Shown piece by piece: positions 60,033-64,000 of a stretch of DNA of 64,000 nt. The stretch's first letter is position 1, and every line of letters starts with the position of its first letter. This DNA is from Minutocellus sp. GHC0000111 (Eukaryota), in assembly GCA_977018835.1 (NCBI GenBank), contig OZ361258.1, positions 2,604,001 through 2,668,000 of the forward strand, read 5' to 3'. The notes under the pieces are model-generated. The model saw only the letters and a program-made list of their open reading frames with translations. It had not been told where the DNA came from and did not search any database. The translations under genes were made by a program, and so were the position numbers.

Positions 60033-62057
60033 ATGGCGCGCTTCCCTTGGATCGCCGCTGCGTTGGCGGTGCTGATTGGCATCAGCGCCCAGCACGTATC
60101 CGCATTTTCTTCGCCAGCTTCACACGCCCACAGGTCTCGCCTGCCCGCCCTTCATTTGGGCCTTGGCGACATCCCTCTGCCATTCTTTGCCTCCGAAAGT
60201 GCCAGCAGCAACAACTCTCCTGCCAGTGATGCCAGCAGTACGTCGGCCACCATAACCACGAGGTTGCCCCTCGGAACGTTGTTCGATGGGCGCGACTATA
60301 TCTTCAATGCAGCTACAAACGTTCGAGGATATGAGTGGGGCACCAAGCTGGTGGAAGAGTTGTTCTTTGACCTCGCTGACTTTGCGATTGGAGACGACTC
60401 TCCCAACAAGCACAGGAGTGATTACGAGCTTTCTCAGGTCGTCCTGGTGCCCACCGGCGACTGGGACACAGCAACATACGGTCTGGGTGCGAGGTACGAC
60501 GTTCAAGATGGACAGCAGAGACTCGTGACGCTATGTCTCTTGTTTGCAGCAATGAGAGAATCATTCCGTGGCTCTGAGAAAGTAGTCGGCGTCTTCGAAA
60601 CAATTGAAGAGCTCACATCGATGCTGAATCCACCCAAAGTCAGAAAGGCGCCAGTTCTGCGCATCGAGTTGAGGAAGCGCGAAAATGAAATGTTGCAGAG
60701 GATATTGGCTCCAGACCTCGTCGATGATAAGCTCAACATCCCATCACCAGATACGGACGAATTTAGTGGACTCAGCTCACCGAACCAGAGAATCCTATCT
60801 AATTTCTACACTTTGGCCGAGCGAGTGTCGGAACTGTCAGTCGAAGAGCGACTTGAATTCCTTGACTATGTCATCGAGCATGTCTACTTATTGTGCTGTG
60901 TCCCTGAAACGGCAACGATTGCTCGTAACATTGTCATGGGTCAAGGAAAAGGGATGAATACTGAGCCAATAGATGATTTCAAAGGTCTTGTCTGCTTCCG
61001 GTACACTTCCGACGAGAAAGATATGTACGATACCTTTGACAAGTGGGATGCGTTGGCATCAACTCCAGACGCCGAATTAGGATCGGTCGGTCGCGACACA
61101 GTCGCAGCGGCTTGTATGCTTCGTGCCTCGGCTGCTCTGCGCGCGAAGATTCGAAAGAATGAACAGGCCCTCTCCCTGGAGAAATGGCTTCGGAAAGATC
61201 TCATTGAAAATGGATACGAGGGAAAGGAGTTTTACGAGAAAAACGTCGAACCAGCTTCTCGAGCGTTAGATATTTATATCGACGGAAGCTTTGATTCCTT
61301 TCAGTTTGTAGCCAATTGCGGCAAAGAGGATAACAAGCTCATCAGTGCCATCAAGATGCGTCTATCATTTCTGAGAAGTTTGACAATGGGAATAGCTGCG
61401 ACGAAAGAAGCAGAAATTCTCATTCTTGATTTGCTTTTGAGGGCAGAGGGTGATGGTACAAAGGCACTCGCCCTGGCCGAGCTAGATTCATGCCTGGCTA
61501 GCATCGAAACACTTGCCATTTGGATGGCTGTGTCGCGTCCTTCTCCCATGGTTCGCAACAAGCGTGTATTTGATCTGTTGGGCGATGTGTCGACCCATGT
61601 CGTCACAGACGAAGAGAAGGCCCAGTTGAAGGAGGATCTTTCTCAATTTGCTTTTGGCGCTTCCCCAGCTGGAAAGAAGCTTGCCATCTCCTTGTTGCAG
61701 AGACTGAATTCGCACCTCTTGGCAAATGCCGGCAAGGAATCCAGCGAGATGCTTTCGCACAATCATGTGGAGCATATTCTCCCCACGAATACTTATCGTA
61801 AGTACTGGATGGATCAATGGCCCAACGAAGAAATGAAGACACTGTGGACCCATCGACTTGGCAATCTAGCTCTCATGTCTCGCAAATCTACCGCGAAGGA
61901 ATCTAACAATGTGTTTGGCGAGAAGAAGGAGCGCTACGAGAAAGAATCCGCCCCGCTCACTCAACACCTTGCTGAAATTGATACCTGGAATAAGTTTGCA
62001 CTCAGTGAGAACCACCACAAGATAGTGGACTTGGTCGGAGATATCTGGGGCATTTAA
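60033..62057 (+). CDS. DUF262 + DUF1524 (GmrSD/SspE-like) protein with bipartite plastid-type presequence
   Basis: RGYEW...L..DL, DVQDGQQRLVTL (60507-60521), VEHILP (~61770)...HRLGNLAL...SNNVFGEKKERY; leader MARFPWIAAALAVLIGISAQHVSA-FSSP; intronless. Confidence 0.85.
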   Translation: MARFPWIAAALAVLIGISAQHVSAFSSPASHAHRSRLPALHLGLGDIPLPFFASESASSNNSPASDASSTSATITTRLPLGTLFDGRDYIFNAATNVRGYEWGTKLVEELFFDLADFAIGDDSPNKHRSDYELSQVVLVPTGDWDTATYGLGARYDVQDGQQRLVTLCLLFAAMRESFRGSEKVVGVFETIEELTSMLNPPKVRKAPVLRIELRKRENEMLQRILAPDLVDDKLNIPSPDTDEFSGLSSPNQRILSNFYTLAERVSELSVEERLEFLDYVIEHVYLLCCVPETATIARNIVMGQGKGMNTEPIDDFKGLVCFRYTSDEKDMYDTFDKWDALASTPDAELGSVGRDTVAAACMLRASAALRAKIRKNEQALSLEKWLRKDLIENGYEGKEFYEKNVEPASRALDIYIDGSFDSFQFVANCGKEDNKLISAIKMRLSFLRSLTMGIAATKEAEILILDLLLRAEGDGTKALALAELDSCLASIETLAIWMAVSRPSPMVRNKRVFDLLGDVSTHVVTDEEKAQLKEDLSQFAFGASPAGKKLAISLLQRLNSHLLANAGKESSEMLSHNHVEHILPTNTYRKYWMDQWPNEEMKTLWTHRLGNLALMSRKSTAKESNNVFGEKKERYEKESAPLTQHLAEIDTWNKFALSENHHKIVDLVGDIWGI

Positions 62058-62165
62058 ATGGAGAAAATATTCGCCCCAATCTTCTACTATCTATTGGTAC
62101 ATCGCTAGCTAGAGCATCGCAGTATTGTTTAAAAATCATATGCTCATAAGAATATATCATAGATA

Positions 62166-62277
62166 AATATCTAATGTATCTACACCCTCCGATCAACCGT
62201 TACATTTTCTAGTTGTCGATGAATATCTAATGTATCTACACTCTCCGAACAACCGGGACATCCTCTTGTCGTCGATG
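62166..62277. repeat. Degenerate 56-bp tandem duplication spanning the stop codon of the COPI-associated gene
   Basis: 62166-62221 vs 62222-62277, 8 mismatches by eye. Confidence 0.85.
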
Positions 62278-62976
62278 TCTATCCTTGGCCGCATAATAGT
62301 CATTTCTCACCTTTTCTTTCAAGCTCCGCATGAACAATAAACCCAAGACAAAGTACAGGACACCGATCACAACCATTCCCCACGAACTAAGCTGCACAAA
62401 AATTGAAATTAAATCACTTCCAAGGATGTTGCTGGTGGATGAATCGGACACTAGCACAGCAAAGGCCTCCTCCATACCCACCAGACCCAGGAACGAATAG
62501 ATCCATCCCCGCATTAACCAATTGTTTGTCGGTAGATTTCGCATAATTTGTGGTGGCCAGTCCAGCTCCACCAACATAAAGACCAGACAAAATATCAGAA
62601 TGTACAATCGGAGTGAAAACTGAAGGAAGGGCAGATGCTTCTTGGATAGAAGAATAATTTGCGATATCGACATGCAGGCGAGTACGATGACGGATAGAGT
62701 CGTGATGGAAGCAAAGAACATGAAGCAACCCTTTGTGAATCCACCAATCTCCTCGTTGGAGGTGTATGGGCTTTGCTGGAGGGCAGAGTCGCCTGATGTT
62801 GCAGTATTGTCGGAGTTACCACCATTTTGGGAATCATCAGCATTGTCGGCGTCAATCCCACCAGCCTCGATGTCAACTGCAGATTCGGCACGATCATCAG
62901 CATCGCTCGCAATGAGCGGTGTTTTCTCATCAGCACCGCCGCTCGGCTTACCGGCCTCCTCTAGCGCAGAGCTCAT
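62236..62976 (-). CDS. COPI-associated/TVP15-like Golgi membrane protein
   Basis: LRLYILIFCLVFMLVEL...NWLMRGWIYSFLG, four hydrophobic helices. Confidence 0.7.
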   Translation of the reverse strand: MSSALEEAGKPSGGADEKTPLIASDADDRAESAVDIEAGGIDADNADDSQNGGNSDNTATSGDSALQQSPYTSNEEIGGFTKGCFMFFASITTLSVIVLACMSISQIILLSKKHLPFLQFSLRLYILIFCLVFMLVELDWPPQIMRNLPTNNWLMRGWIYSFLGLVGMEEAFAVLVSDSSTSNILGSDLISIFVQLSSWGMVVIGVLYFVLGLLFMRSLKEKVRNDYYAAKDRHRRQEDVPVVRRV

Positions 62977-63485
62977 TGTTGGATCTCGTATAGGAAGCGT
63001 AATCCTGCAGAAAACTTGCTTTCCGACATGGAGCCGCAGCAGCATAAGATTGCCACTGCGTTCTGGCTTCGCAGAGAAGAGATGCTGCTGCTCTTGGCGC
63101 CACCACAATCTGAGAGTGTCGAAATTTATAGCTCTCAAATAACACAAATTTTATAAAAACACAAATTACAATAACATATTGAAATGTAAGAAGAATAGCG
63201 TCAATGAAGCATTCTCGAGCCGGCATCGCCCTGCAGCCTCTCTGAAGTCGCCGAAACCCAGTCAACGCCAGATCAGAAACACAAAATCCGTACCCCCAAA
63301 TCTGCCGGAGACTATCCAAACGCCAAACATACAGCGGTAAGAGATTGTCGGCAGGAATATTCTGGAGCGCTTGAGCTGCAGAGCCACCACCGATGGTCGT
63401 AATCGATAGCTCGCAATCCAAGGAGCCTGCCCTCGAGGTCCCCTCCAGTCGCAACAATCATAGTCCGACGGCAGTGGCAGCAACA

Positions 63486-64000
63486 ATGAGCGTCAGTTCG
63501 ATTGGGGCCGATGCCGACGATGAAGTCAAGTCTTATCACCACAACGCCATGGCCCATACTACCGCCACCGCAGTGCCAGGCTCGGATCAAACCGATGCGA
63601 CTGCATCGGTGGTGAGTAGTAGCGATGGCAGTGATGGCGGGGACATGACCAGCGACCAGCCCAGCACAAACGGTGGCGTGGAGACTGTCCTACTCACCAA
63701 GTCGGCCACAGGCATTACCAGCAACAACTCCGACGATCACTCGCACTTGGCTACCACACTCCTGTGCTGCATGCAAGATTCTTACGCCGAGGCGACAATG
63801 TCAGAGGCTACTGCTCCAGCTGCTCCGGTCACTTCTTGTCAAAATTCACATGATGGCGTCACCACCACAACCGACGCAGCAAACGAGAGGAAAGTCGAGG
63901 CATCAACCCAACCAACGTCGTGGACAGAGAGTACCCGCCGAAACATCGAAATGGGCATCGAGTCCCTTCTCTCTACCGTCGATAGTACCGGCACCCGAAA
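63486..64000 (+). CDS. 5' part of an unknown protein (runs off window)
   Basis: Open frame from ATG 63486 (MSVSSIGADADDE) to the window end; low complexity. Confidence 0.5.
   Translation, partial: MSVSSIGADADDEVKSYHHNAMAHTTATAVPGSDQTDATASVVSSSDGSDGGDMTSDQPSTNGGVETVLLTKSATGITSNNSDDHSHLATTLLCCMQDSYAEATMSEATAPAAPVTSCQNSHDGVTTTTDAANERKVEASTQPTSWTESTRRNIEMGIESLLSTVDSTGTR

Noticed and set aside
28005..62057. A prokaryote-style 'defence island' of Argonaute + helicase + RNase + GmrSD-like + transposon
   Set aside because: The genes are interspersed with housekeeping genes, have different predicted compartments, and XPB and RNase II look ordinary. No evidence of linkage beyond proximity.
221..63590. 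Numerous antisense and alternate-frame ORFs in the six-frame track
   Set aside because: They shadow GC-rich, TpA-poor coding regions and show no independent motifs.

Overview
Gene-dense eukaryotic nuclear DNA, most likely a diatom/ochrophyte. Evidence: short GT-AG introns, several bipartite signal-peptide + 'ASA-F'-type plastid presequences, and a dynein-regulatory-complex-like IQ gene suggesting a flagellated stage. About 20 host genes: a partial sulfotransferase, a PH+EDR2-C protein, a giant acidic TM/beta-propeller protein, aspartate transcarbamylase, an SBF2-like/SH3BGR-like protein, an LRR protein, an IQ coiled-coil protein, a GBF1/GNOM-type Sec7 GEF, a 2OG-Fe(II) oxygenase, Argonaute, a repeat-rich TM protein, XPB, an ABCB half-transporter, a MYND/MSS51-like protein, plastid RNase II, a PsbP-family protein, a multi-TM protein, a DUF262-DUF1524 (GmrSD/SspE-like) protein and a COPI-associated protein. 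A 4.95-kb TA-flanked, TIR-bounded mariner-type transposon carries an unusually large transposase and a second convergent gene. Most notable: (1) a bacterial type IV restriction/phosphorothioate-defence-like DUF262-DUF1524 protein with a plastid presequence and altered motifs; (2) the two-gene mariner with HMG-like/SH3-like accessory domains; (3) an 11-intron Argonaute with a broken slicer tetrad and a ~135-aa MID insertion; (4) TA-bounded palindromes at almost every gene boundary. Several genes have 1-nt frameshifts, mostly at homopolymers and probably long-read assembly errors. All domain calls are by-eye motif recognition, not database searches.
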